Assembly: GCA_011109175.1 (NCBI GenBank)
Contig: RDEW01000022.1
Coordinates: 62,001 to 126,000 of the forward strand
Reading direction: 5' to 3'
Source: Dicyema japonicum
Lineage: Eukaryota; Animalia; Dicyemida
Length of the DNA: 64,000 bases
Both the position numbers and the translations under genes were made by a program. Position 1 is the first letter of the stretch. Each line of letters begins with the position of its first letter. The notes below the pieces were generated by a model. That model worked only from the letters and a program-made list of their open reading frames with translations, did not search any database and was not told the origin of the DNA. Shown here piece by piece: positions 51,660 through 64,000 of the stretch.

Positions 51660-52030
51660 ATATTGGTTTTCCTGGTTAACACTTCTAACTTCTTCCTTAT
51701 TAGTCCACCCGTGAAGATAGGATAAATTGTGGAGACTGCAATAAGGTTAATTGGACCACAACACGAATTCCAGCTCATTTAAAATTTCTTATCTAACTAC
51801 AACGGAAACTTAAAAATTTTACCGAGCTGCCTTCTATTCAATAGAGTATCGAAATATCTACAATCATACAGAAATTTTGAGCAGATGTCATGTCCAATGA
51901 GAAGAGCTATTCAAGATTCTCGACTCCACCGGACTCGTCCTCTCCTTTGTCGGTCTGAGATCACTTAGTTAGATGAGAACTTTTATTTTTTCTCTTTAAC
52001 CCAGTGATCCTGGGGGAATAATAATAATAA
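51660..52030 (+). mobile_element. LINE family A 3' end
   Basis: Aligns with the reverse complement of 19690-20000; ends cccagtgatcctgggg followed by (TAA)n. Confidence 0.8.
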
Positions 52031-52485
52031 ACGAATAATGCTGGCCATCACTTCTCTCTACCAACATACGAAATCCTCTTTCCTTTGTTGCAACCTCTAG
52101 GTATTGATAACAAATCATCTATTTGAATGTCATGAATTAGCACAACGTTCGTCTACAATGTCGGGACTGACCGATCTATGGAAACGATGATTTGCATGTT
52201 TTTTCTAGTGGCACGCGTCATATCGGTATTTTAAAATGATTTGCATTTTCTCCATGTGGTACGCATCATAGACTCCCCTTCAAATATAATGTTCTAATAG
52301 TGGGTTCATTATGGTACAATAAAGTTATCCTTTGGGTTATTTTTCACAACCCGATTCTCCTCTAAACATAAGGTTTGTCCCTTTTTTATTTGGAAACTTG
52401 CATTATGTGAGGCATGAACATGGTTTTTGCTATTATAATAAAAATGGTAACCTCAAATAAAGTCTAAATAAAAAATAGCCACTTT

Positions 52486-52998
52486 TGTTTTAACGACACT
52501 TTGGAAAATAATTGAAACCTGCACAATCACTAGTGAAACTATGTTAGGTTGATTATAGAATTAAAGCTTCCTTCTTGACTAGCCTTAATTTCTTCGTGAC
52601 TAGCCCCAAGGAGTGTCTTTTTTATACTGGATTTAAAGGATTTGAGTGAACGGAACAACCTGGAGTTAATTATTCAAAAGAACTTCTCAAAGATAATCTC
52701 TCTGAGGACTTCCTCGCTTAAATACATTTCGAACTACACTTTAGTTACGATTTGAAAGATCCAGGTTCGTGAAAGACGGACCTTCAATGGGGTGCTGGAG
52801 CTCGTGGCTTATATGTTGTGTGTATTTCATTCTCAAGTTAAACATGGTGTGATTCAAGCTGTCGCTGTGTACCTGTAAGATTGTGGAGAAATATCCAGTT
52901 CTGTTTGGTGTTGTTTTGGAGTATTTGATACGGGTTACCCCAATTGGTGTTCTAAAAAGGGAATATGGTTGGTTTTTATTAATTTTGTGCTTCGTTTT
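52486..52998. repeat. Dispersed repeat Y, inverted copy of 23143-23658
   Basis: Direct base-by-base match over ~510 bp with few differences. Confidence 0.8.
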
Positions 52999-53192
52999 CT
53001 TAATTAAAATCATTAACCTTATTTGATCAGAGATTTGATGGTTAATTCAAAAATAAACAAATGGAATCATTAGTTTGGGTAGGAGATTATAACTTCGGTT
53101 ATGGATCTATTAAATGTGTACATGAACTGAGTAACAGAAGATCCCTTAGTAATCAAAAAAAATACTTGAATAAAAATTATTATAAATTTTTT

Positions 53193-53352
53193 AATCGCTT
53201 TATTGACTCAAAATAAAATTTTTTGTTTTTTGAAGGAACAAGGGACCGATCCTTCGACCTCTTCTATTTTCGACCCTTTTCTCGCTTAATCGCTTGATTG
53301 ACTCAAAATAAAATTTTTCGTTTTTTGAGGGAACAAAGGACAGATCTTTCGA
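53193..53352. repeat. Local tandem duplication, period ~95 bp
   Basis: ttaatcgctt..attgactcaaaataaaattttt..ttttttga.ggaacaa.gga occurs twice. Confidence 0.8.
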
Positions 53353-53479
53353 AGCAAAACTTAGTGGTTGTTAATGTTTTCAAGTAATAAATTTGTCTTA
53401 TCAACCCGGACAGTATCAACAGCCTGGACGCTATCACATACGACAATTATTAAGAAATTTGATTAGTTGTATATTTTCT

Positions 53480-54350
53480 GGCCTAAAATATGATTCTCTA
53501 ATATGGCATGTATCAATTCAAAACATTACATTGGTACCTGGTGCCAATTTTTCTATTATTGAACTGAATGTGATTAATTTGTATTGAATATTACTTATTA
53601 TAGTTTCTGTAGGAAGATGAAAGTTTGATATATGTAATCAAACTTACTTTTATAGCTACCATTGATACCTTGTTATATATATTTTTAAATTAATAGGTTT
53701 TAAAAAGAATGCAATTCCCTGATATACATCGCGATCGATTTCGCTGAACATTTAACATTACTTTCTCATCTGTACATTTTTTTAATTTATGTAGTCACTT
53801 TCCATACAGAATAAAAGTTGCTCAAACATTTAAAACCAGTTCCAAGGGTATTGAATTAGATGTGTATTTTTAATAATAATAATTTAGTCCCATCGTGTGC
53901 AGGGGTACATTCGATAATCCAGAGGCGTATGATATTATATTTAATATAGATATGAAGCACCACATGGTAGTGGCAATTTATATCTCAAATTTAATTACTT
54001 GTATTTATACAAAGGTACTTATTATAGTCGAAGATTCACGCAGACATGTGAAACATGTAATTAATAATGTTATTTCAGGCTGCAGTGCCATTGTGGACAG
54101 GTTCAATGTAATGGGTACTTGCGGAGTTTACTAACATTTTACTAACTTATCGGTTTTTCGGAATTATAAATTAGTGTTAATTAATTCAAATTTATTATGA
54201 TTTAAATAATATCCTGGTTGGCCAACTAAATCACACATCTTTTCTTTTGACTCGGAAAGACTATTTTCATTTAAGAAATAATGAAGAAATGAATCGAATA
54301 TGATAAGTGTTAAAGAACTGATAGGTTTCCTTAGATTTATGAATGACGTG
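53480..54350 (+). pseudogene. Decayed SET-domain methyltransferase gene, copy B
   Basis: ECNSL, FKTSSKG, IVCRGTF, YDIIFNID, RHVKH|(S)CS across a 22-nt intron (54057-54078), RFNVMG, IYYD, and a post-SET-like KN(C).GFL remnant. Confidence 0.55.
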
Positions 54351-54399
54351 AGCATTATCCCAATTAATTTATTTAGTTTTGATCCCTGTCGACATAATT

Positions 54400-56100
54400 G
54401 TCACTGAGTTCTTTGTCAAGATATTCAAGGAGATCGATTATATGACACAATTGCTTCTGAGAGAGTCAGGCGTCCAAATTTCTTGAGAATATTCCTCGTC
54501 GGAGTATTTAAATGTATTGGCACACAACTTCTTTTGTCATTTGGTGTCAAACTCGACGGATCAACACCCTGAATTATTTTGATCTGATCCCTGAATATCG
54601 AAAGTGTTTTCTTCGTCATGCATATGCCCCCGTCTGGTCTATTTTATATTATTTTTTCTGCCCCCAACTTCGGACACATTATCTTCCGATAGTATTTCCA
54701 AAAATAGGGATTTTTTACATGAATCTTCGCACCCTCAGCCTTTCATATCGGTCCGTTTAATTTTTTCATTATTAGACATCAAAATCCCTATGTGACCTCA
54801 ATCTAAATGTGATATGTTGAACCTCAAGAAAACTATAGTTTTGGACATTAGCTGGCGATTCTAGGAATTCGCCAAGTTTGTTCTCAATATGATAAGAAAA
54901 ATAATTTGGGTCATCTGATGTAAGGATCACAAAGCCATGTGAATTAGACAATAATTATAAACGCCATCCATCCTGCATGGTTTTGTCACTCAAAAGGCAT
55001 TTTTCACTGCAGGCATCCTGATTTGTCTTCAAAACCAGAACTAGTATTCTTCCAATTAAGGTCGCCAATTAAGATGGTATAGGGATTCTTGTAGAACTCA
55101 GAGATATCTGTAGAACAAATTTCAAGATTCTTGGAGTATAGACCTCCAACAGTAATGCATATTCCCTTGCAACAAACGTCCATGATTACAAAATCACACA
55201 ATAAACGACAAAAGACTTTTGGATTACGAATTCTGAGGCAGTCGTGGTAGAAAATAGACGTTCCCCTACAGCAACTGCTCAAACTTTCCATAAAACGTCA
55301 ACGGAATTGTATCCCGTCAATATATTACATTTCGATTTCTTTATTTCATCTCATTGACTACCAAGATGTCGATCTTGGATGCCCTAGCAAGTAGTACTTG
55401 TTCATTATGCCTTTTCCCTAGAGGTCGGGTATTCACTAGCACTATTTTTAGTCCTTGTTTCAACATTCTTGTGGCCTTGCTTTTTCAAAACCAGACTTAC
55501 TATCTCCATTAAATCCATCTGTGTAATCGCACACAGATAGTTAAGCTGTGACATAATCTTTGATATTTCCGTATAAACCTTCTCTGATAGATTGGGTGGG
55601 ACTTCATTCGATTTTCGACTAATTTTTGGTGACGTTTTGACGTAACTTCTTTGCTGTCTACATTCTCCTAATATCGCTTATTATCAGCTGTCCATAGTTT
55701 TACGTTAATCTCATATGATCAGACTTTTTGGTGGCTGGACTTTCACCATATCTGGCACAATTTGAGGATTATTCACAATTTATTCAATTCATTGTGTTCT
55801 CGGGAGTCTCTCCACACGCAGTCAGGTCGTGTTCCCTTGCGCAACTGAGACACCTCTCTTCATAGAATATATGTGTTCATAGCGTTTGCGGTTTAAACAC
55901 CTCAATGGGCCTTTTTTGTCCTATTCGCATTTTATTTGTACGTGACAAATGTTGAAATCATGTCGGACAAGCGAAGTAGCCTCCTCTGCCTTTGATCCAA
56001 CTAGAACCTTTACAAGAGTGAGTCTCCATTTTCCTTGTAGAAACGGCATAAGCTCGTGGAAGAGGGACTAATTCCTCTACAAATTCATGAAGGTCGTTAT
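54400..56100 (-). mobile_element. Decayed LINE with ORF1 zinc knuckles, EN and RT start in order
   Basis: RCLSCAREHDLTAC (~55820-55870), ILIGDLNWK (ORF 55004-55291), DPSS (~54555). Confidence 0.6.
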
Positions 56101-56855
56101 CATAGATCTATAAAGGCAGGTTGTTCAACACAATTTTGGAATATCAAGTCGGATTTAACTAAAGCAATATTTTCCAAGAACATAAGGAAAAGTAGCATCC
56201 ACATGTTCATAAAAATTCGTTTGTCCCCTTTTTTCTGAATTCGAGGCGGAAGATCCCATAGCCTTTGTGGCTCAATCTGATAGATCCCTTAAAGTTGAAC
56301 GAGTAGAGCACGTTAGAAATTTTGATAGCTCTCATATTTGATGTGACAGAAATCTGCATAAACTCATTGCCAGAGTATTCAAAAGCTGGAGGATCATGAT
56401 GAATATACTGCGTTTTAGTTTCTGTTGATGTGAAAACTGTCTGGATCTCGTCTTCAATCTTTTTTCACAGTATTAGCTTCTTTAGCTTCAGGAAAAGTTA
56501 TAACTTTTACTGTCGCACTTTTTGATACATTCGAACTAATTTTTGAACCATTTTTTTCGGTTATTGTCACAAAAACTTCACAATCACGTTTTTTCAAGAA
56601 TAGTTGTGTACTTTTGATTCCGGCCAGGCATTAGCCGTCTCCTTCGTATGGTGGATCCATTTACCCCATTTTATTTATTTTTAATATTTAACTCCAAGAC
56701 CACCAAGAAAAATAGGTCAAAACATACTAATTAGGTGATCCAAGCCTCCAAAAACATCCGAACTCTCTTCGTTTGGTCTTCTGTGACCCAACCCCATTCC
56801 GTAAGCGCATTCTCTTCCTTCTGCATAGGAATTCAATTGGTGTGCACTTTTTTTA

Positions 56856-57060
56856 TAATAATAAGTGCCTTTTCACGAAAGCCATAATGTTTGTAGGCAG
56901 GACACACAATTTATTTAAGTAAAGAACAGTTAATTTTAACTAATCGTAGAACCAAGGAATGATCTTCACTTTTTTTATTCTTTATCTTGTGTGTGGGTCC
57001 TTTCTAGACAATCCAGTTCGCAGTGAGTATCCACTGATGACGGCGTCACTCTTCAAACCA
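56856..57060 (-). mobile_element. tRNA-derived SINE (family C), 5'-truncated
   Basis: Close match to 38528-38750, including the tail. Confidence 0.85.
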
Positions 57061-57089
57061 CTTTTTTTATAACCGACCGAAATTCCTCT

Positions 57090-57850
57090 GCATGGGCCAC
57101 CTTTTCTTGAATGGGTCAAAAATGTCTAATTACTTTGCCACAATGTTTAATAACTTTATCAAATTGTTAAAAAATTGTGTCAAAAGTTTAACTCGTTTTT
57201 TTATAATGTTTGTTACAGGTCAAATTGCGCGAAAATCAAATTTTAAGTGAATCTGAAGAGGGGCTTCGCACATTGACACTTCAGAAGGTAACTCACAATA
57301 ACCAAATCTCTTGTTGTTTATCTGATAGCTGCTCTTCGTTATCTGAGAGCTAAAAATTGTCCTACTTCTATCTAGGAATTAATATATGCGGATGACCGGA
57401 TTTTGGTTTTGAGGCATCAATGATATCTATTTATATTTCAGACAAGAGTACTGCAAGGCAAGTGAAATAATTTTTTCTCGGACAAGAGTACTGCATGGTA
57501 ATTTAATTGGTATAATTTTGGAGGATTAGACGTGAAGTTAACACAAAGCAATATGAAGTAGCCTGGGCTTGGTAGAGAGTATTTTGCCTTCTTTAGAATC
57601 AAATAGATGATATTGTACGAAGTAACAAATTATCGTCATTTGCTCTCCTGAATTGATTTTATGTGAAATATTGAAAAATCGAATAAGGTAATCGTTTGAT
57701 GACAAATGAATGTTTCTGTGCGATTTTGGCTACAGATTGATCTATCAGGACTAAAAGCTTATCAACCTCGATATTCATTTTTACTTGAAAGTAAAAATAG
57801 GTCATGTTTCTCTTTGACATTAAAATTAGGTCAACCGTTGAAATAATTTT
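57090..57850 (+). pseudogene. Gene X, copy 2
   Basis: Exon-like VKLRENQILSESEEGLRTLTLQK, IRREVNTKQYE and IDLSGLKAYQPRYSFLLE bounded by GT/AG; stops elsewhere. Confidence 0.4.
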
Positions 57851-58169
57851 AAATATACATTTGATGACTATAGATGCTACTAGTATTCTTACTATTATTC
57901 GCAACCAAATGTGGATTCTATTAGTTTATACTGACCTTACTCTTTATTCTTATATCTAGATCTGTGGACGTATAGGAGGACATTCCCTTAATGATCTAAA
58001 TGACTGAATTAATCTGAAATCGCATTAAGATATGTTTTTGAAAAAGAAAGAGTTTCTTGAGAACAATTTGATGCTAAAAGGTCTGCTTCAAGATGACTAG
58101 AAATTATTCAACAAATGCTTGGTTGAATGTTTATCAATGTGGTAAAATTCGACGCATCAGCAACAAAGT

Positions 58170-58620
58170 TTTCTGTCATACTGTTTACCACTCTGTGTCG
58201 AACCAGAAAGCTTTACAAAAAACGAGGATATTCCTATTAATAAAACACCAAAGATTCTGGGAGTCACAATTGATCAAGGACTCACCTTTATCCAACATGT
58301 TGTATCATAGTAACTTCTCTGAAAAATATGAGAATTTTAAAAATGCTCGCAAAAGCACTTAGAGACCGAACTGGGACCCTTGCCACGATTTATGAAACGA
58401 TTTATCCGACTAACGATTCCTTATGCACGTCCTCGTGAGCAATTGCAGATTCACGATCCTCCTCATTAAAACTATTCGCAATCGAGGAGACTGCAATAAG
58501 GTTAATGGACCAAAACTCAAAATCCAGCCTTTGAAAATTTCGATTAAAATCGAATTACGAAGTAAGTTCTTAAAAGGGCTAGTTTACTGAGCTGTTTTCT
58601 TATTCCATACACTATCGAAA
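58170..58620 (+). mobile_element. LINE family A fragment
   Basis: aaaacaccaaagattctgggagtcacaattgatcaaggactcacc matches the reverse complement of ~20170-20230. Confidence 0.8.
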
Positions 58621-58689
58621 TATCTACAATCATACTGAAATTTATTCTTGAAATTTATTCGAAATATCTACAATCATACTGAAATTTAA

Positions 58690-58730
58690 AAAATTCGGAT
58701 TATTAAAGTTCTGATTAATGGGGCTTACTG
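58690..58730. mobile_element. Solo pogo/Tigger-type TIR
   Basis: Reverse complement cagtaagccccattaatcagaactttaataatccgaa matches the TIR at ~3790-3831. Confidence 0.6.
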
Positions 58731-59749
58731 CATTACATTATACTCTGATATTGACAAAATCATCATTTTGTTAATGTCTACACATAAAGAACTAACAATA
58801 AAATGAAATACTCAAAAATAAAGTTCTTTTGTTTTACGACAGTCGCCTTTTTAAGAAAACATTGATATTTATTGTATTGGGAAGAAACAAGGACCATCGA
58901 TAGAGAGATGACATTTTACCTGACATGATGTAATTAAGCAGACTGAACTTGAGATGATGTGATTTTGATATCACTTAAATATTCATGAGTTTCTCTCTGT
59001 AAAGCATGGTGTGTGTCTTGGTTACGCAGAGATTTAACATATCAGTGATCAAACATCTTGCTATCATTTTGCAGATGGTACACTTTTCTTATTTTGTTCC
59101 CAATGAGAATTGTTCTTAGTTGTTTTTTGATGGTAGGAAGCCAGTGTATTCAGCTTTAGTTTGATATCTCCAAGGTAGAAGAATTCACGGATCTGAAATA
59201 TTTTCTACTAATTGAGACACTACATATGATTTACTAGTTAAACCAAATTTATATGGTGAAATCCAATAGAGTCATTCCTTAGAGAGTACCCGCAAATTTT
59301 GTGAAATATGTAGGTCTCTGTAAAGTATCTGTGTCGACCGGGGAAGTGGACGCATTTCATTATTTAATAAATAATTATTTTACCTATTTTATGAAGTGAA
59401 AAAGTAAACACAACAAATTCAATACACTACTAGTAGGAAAACCTGTTGATAATTTTTCACTAAATAGCGTATTTCATATGTTAAGTTGAAATCAGTTATA
59501 CAAAAATCTAAAATTCATTTTAAGAAAAGTGACTAAATTATTGGATTAAAATCTATAACCCACGTGGGTTTTCCCATTGTCCCCATGTCCGGAAAGTCAT
59601 GTTAAAGTTTAGAAAAGATCAAAATTTGAAATTGTTGAACTTTTTTATATTTATTTTCAAAAACATTAAAATCAATCAATTATGACCGGGCAGCATGAAG
59701 GACTCCCGAAGAAAAATCCTAAAAATCCACAAAATTAATAACTACGCAA

Positions 59750-60200
59750 TCGGAAAGGTACCCAAAACTCTATTAGTAATGGAGTTGAGCCACCGATCTC
59801 GAAAGACGCTTCCGACAAAAATCAGGTACGATGTTGGTTAGATGTCACTAGCAGATCTTCAAATGACTTCATGCATACAGCATCGTCCAGACCTCGTTGA
59901 GCGAACATTGGAGGTAGGGAAAACTGATAGAGACGGCTCCAGGCCTCACGAGCATGACCGAAGTCTTGGTCAGTAGTGAATTGAGGGAGGGAGTGTAGAA
60001 TCCCCTTGATAACGGTGTTACAGGTCATTAGCGACGAGAGATATGCAGGGAAAGAAATGTCTACATGCTTACGAGTTCCAAGCCCTCCGAGTCTTCGGCA
60101 GTGTAGCCTGACTCTATTGTAATCCTTGAACCAGACGGTGAAGATACGCTCTTCTGTTAAACAGAAGATCCCATCAATCTGTGCGAGTTAGTCACACTGA
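59750..60200 (-). mobile_element. CRE-like RLE non-LTR retrotransposon fragment
   Basis: LHCRRLGGLGTRKHVDISFPAYLSS, then A.EAW..Q..LDDAVC..FEDLL, resembling the post-RT GGLG.R...PAFL.S region of CRE elements. Confidence 0.6.
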
Positions 60201-60459
60201 GGGAAAGAAATCAGAAATAATTAATTAAAATAAAAAATGGAATTTATAGCAACTAAAACAAATTATGGTATTTAAAACCAAAAATGGCAAATGTAACTTT
60301 TCAATTCACTTTAGACTATAAATTTTTTAAAATGTACTAAAAAAATTTCTCAATATTAATGAAATGGTTAATTGTGGATCAAAATTGTTAAAACGTATTC
60401 TTCGATAATTATAAGTAACAAAAAATTATTGAAATTTAAAATAAATTTGTTAGTGCGTT

Positions 60460-61020
60460 TATGTCACATGATTCTCTTCAACCGTTCATGAGCGACATGC
60501 CTTCCTACAGTTGCGACGATACCTCATTCCTTGCTTACGCCGACGACTTAATCCTGGGAACAAGAGACCAGTTTATCCACACAGCGGATACTTGCTTACA
60601 AGACTCACTGGATAACCTGAAATGTTGGATTACGAGGAATCAACTACACACAAGTTGAAAAATCGTACTCTATGATCTTACTTCCAATAGAAAATTGACT
60701 AACTCGGCGCCAACAATAGATCATCTCTACTACCAATATATACTTCCGTAAATCAGCTATGCTTCGCTGCATAGGGTTCTAACATATCCCATATCAACCT
60801 AAAGAAAATAAACTTCTTCAAGAGACAGTAACAAGACCCTACAAAGATCTTCCTCCTTGATATTAAAACCAACCCCGTTCGAGGAACTCGTGAGGAATAC
60901 GGGAGCTCTGTCAAAACCTCTAAACCTTCAAAAAGTCACTTGTCTACACCGGAATTGTGTCGGCACTCACGGCCGCTCAAGGAGGTTGGGATCACCTGAC
61001 GGCCCCTACATGACCAAACA
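60460..61020 (+). mobile_element. LINE family A fragment
   Basis: FLAYADDLIL, PTPFEELVRN, gggatcacctga. Confidence 0.8.
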
Positions 61021-64000
61021 GCATCAATATTTTTCCTTCAATACTTAAAAGGCTCCATGAGATCTACCTGACTCACATGAAATGAAAATATGACGAATCG
61101 TTGGTATTTGAATAATGTAGAGGAAAGATGAAGTTGAATGGGAGAGAAGAGAAATTGAAGAAGTTTGAACAATTTGAGTTGGTATTTCAGGATTGCTCAT
61201 CAAACGGAACAATTCACGCAGTGAGAACTTCACGGACTGTTTTCAAGGAAATTACTGTCGACGAATGTAATTCGAAAAAATACGTCTCTTATCCACGGAG
61301 AATTGAAATTACTTTATTTTATAAAAAGTTACTTAGATATGATTTATATCTCGACAAACACGTGTAAGCATACCATAATTTATTAAAATATTTTTTAACC
61401 AATAAACCATAGTTTCATTCAAAATAGTCAAAAATATTTTTATTTTTTTTTAAAAAAATAGTCAAACAACTAAGAATTGTCTAAGCTAGTAACACTTCTG
61501 AATTTAGTGTGTTTCCTTAAAGCAAGCATAATTTTATTACAAATAAGCCCAGTTGTTTAATTAAACTTATATTTTTGTTTTATTAGGAAAGTTAACAGAG
61601 CAGTTAATAGGTCAAAAGGTTAAACTGTCAATTTGACTCTGTTGCACCTTTGGTTACTTTGGTGCACTTAATGTCTTCTGAAACCTGATATTGCAAATTG
61701 GAAAACTATTGGGTCATAAATTTACAGTTTGATCAGGAGGACGAAGGAACAAGCTGGCAAAGTCTACTTTGAGGAAAAACAGGGTTTTTTATATTTAAGA
61801 CTGTAAGATTGAATGCTGTGGCGGAATTAAATTTTCATATAATTCAAAAATTTATTTCATACTGGTCAAATATTCAAATTGAAGTTATCTGATAAAATAT
61901 TCAAATGACGACTTTGTGTGATATGAAACATGAAAAAAATCAACTTTCATTTTGGCTGAAAAGAGAACCATAAAAATATCACGAAAAACTAAAAAATAAT
62001 GTTTGATGCAAAAAAGTTGTAATTTAAATTCTTTCGAGTTTAATTTAAATGACTTAAGTTAGGCCCTGAATAATTCGATATACCTCCTAATTTAGCTCAA
62101 AGCGAATCCCAAATTTCCAAATCATCTTGTCTATCATTTTTAACCACTTGTTGGTTTGATTTACTGATTATATCCCGATATACTGTAGCTGATCAATATA
62201 AGAGGAAGAATGAAAATTTGGGACAAATTATACAATATTATATTTATATGCAAATATCACATCGTCCTGAGGGCAATGGGATAAATCTACTTTAATTGGA
62301 CTTTACCACAAGAATGGAAAATGTATCAATAAAACACGAGAAAACGTAAATAACTTAGTCAGACTAAAACATCCAATTTAATATTATCGAGTTAGATATT
62401 GTGATTAATTCGAGTACAACTTTCATTCTACTACGTTGACTATTAGTTTATGAGGCAATCTGTTGTATTTTTAACACAAGATTGGACGGTCAAATGAAAG
62501 CTGTTCCGTTATATTAACTCAATAGAATTTTTTGATATCGGGGAGATCATTCAGACATATTAACACGTGCAGTATAAATTTCATATTAAATTTATCCATC
62601 TTTATTATTGTATAATCTCCGACATCGATTTATGTACAAAATAACATTGGAGAATATACCAGTAGAGAAACATCTGTTGAACCTAGTTTGTGGTTAATTG
62701 TAAGAAAAAGACGGAACGGTGGGTCACAGAAAGAAATGCATGTAGCGAAACACAATGTAAACCGTACATACACTGAGAAGAGACAGATAATTAAGTGCGG
62801 AAACTGCTATGTAAAGAAAACCAGACAAAATTAATTTATGAAGTTTGAATTAGAATTTTGAATTTCTATTAATTTGAATAAATTAGTACATTTCGATTAA
62901 TTTAAATAAATATGTCCATAGAGAAACAAATATGATATTTAACCGGATACTTTGAGAGAGTGACTTTGAAATAAAAATATATATATTCGTATAATCGGTA
63001 AAAGAATTTGTACAAAAATAGCGAACTGCTTCAACTTGTTCACAGTTTGAATGTTATAATAGCTCCTGAGATGAGGTTCGACATTCCTTTCCGTGGCAAT
63101 ATGTTGCAGTCAAGATTTTAGTTCCGGGAAAATTTCCGTAATACGTCGTTTACGTGGTTAGTTTTTTTCACACAACATTGAAAATTATAATCGAATAAAA
63201 AATATTATTTCAATTTATTCGAAAAGCTTAATTTTGTCACCTTGTATGTCTGCTGAAAATTGTAGTGGCAGATCTCTTGATTTCTGACTATTAATTTTTC
63301 TGTGATGAAAAAGTAATTTTACGAAAATCCACAGATAAAGATGGAACAACGAAAATACTATTATAGCTGAAATTTTCAAAGAGAATATAATTTTAAAAGT
63401 TAACCGTAATTTAACTTCTAATTTTTCTTATTTCTGTTGATTAAAGTTTTCCGAGTAACGTAGATCGAAAACACCAAACACTCCAAATTATATTATTGAA
63501 TAATCCTGTTAGCTATGATATGTTATATTTTCAAATATTTCTTCAGTTGAATATTTTTGACGACTCTTTAATGAGATCTTGCGGTTGTGTTTTTCTTTGT
63601 TTTCTTCGCGAATTACAGATGCGATAAGAAAAAATTAAGGATACAGGATCACGAGAATTCAATTTTATTTAAAAATCAATTGTAGAATTTAAAATTTAAA
63701 TGTTCAATTTGTGTGTTATTTATAAATTTTTAAAAAATATTAAATATAATAAAAAATTTAATCAAATGTATTGATTTTAATATTTCACATTTGATTACGA
63801 AATAATTGCATTTTATTAATGAGAAAGTTTTTAATTTGACTTTCTGGTTATAATCTCACACATATTAGGAGATCAGAAATTTTTACGTTGACGGAAAATA
63901 CTTGTTGATAATGTTATTACTGAAACAATAAATTATAATTAATATGTTGACATTTGTTTGAATTTTATGTTTACGAATAAAGTTAGTGAATATTCAAATA

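Noticed and set aside
54079-54125. LQCHCGQVQCNGYL as a post-SET motif
   Set aside because: That frame has stops in copy A, while the alternative frame shows conservative substitutions and fits the position after NHSC.
53895-54134. 79-aa ORF as a standalone protein
   Set aside because: It reads through SET-copy introns by chance.

Overview
AT-rich eukaryotic (animal) DNA, mostly decayed transposable elements, with a few host genes whose introns are mostly 21-28 nt. Such tiny introns, a metazoan DEPDC1/7-like gene and a CRE-like retroelement suggest a reduced parasitic animal: myxozoan favoured, dicyemid possible (inference, no search run). Host genes modelled by hand: one intact 7-exon DEP-domain gene (27062-28303); three frameshifted CAP/SCP (GLIPR1-like) paralogues with hydrophobic C-terminal tails; an intron-bearing RPS4 copy with an internal deletion; two decayed SET-domain copies; a duplicated unidentified gene fragment; and a 10-exon signal-peptide, Thr-rich gene (48793-50165) too fragmented to show as an ORF. 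Mobile DNA: a young R4/Dong-like RLE non-LTR element, many 5'-truncated APE-type LINEs with (TAA)n tails, a tRNA-derived SINE family, pogo/Tigger and hAT remnants, and a long-TIR foldback element. I found no rRNA, intact tRNA or CRISPR array, and no clear novel multi-gene system. Best leads: a non-AG 3' splice site shared by all three CAP paralogues, the micro-exon mucin-like gene, a SINE whose target duplication equals its own A-box, and an intron apparently born by tandem duplication. Boundaries of decayed elements are approximate; all family calls are motif recognition by eye.
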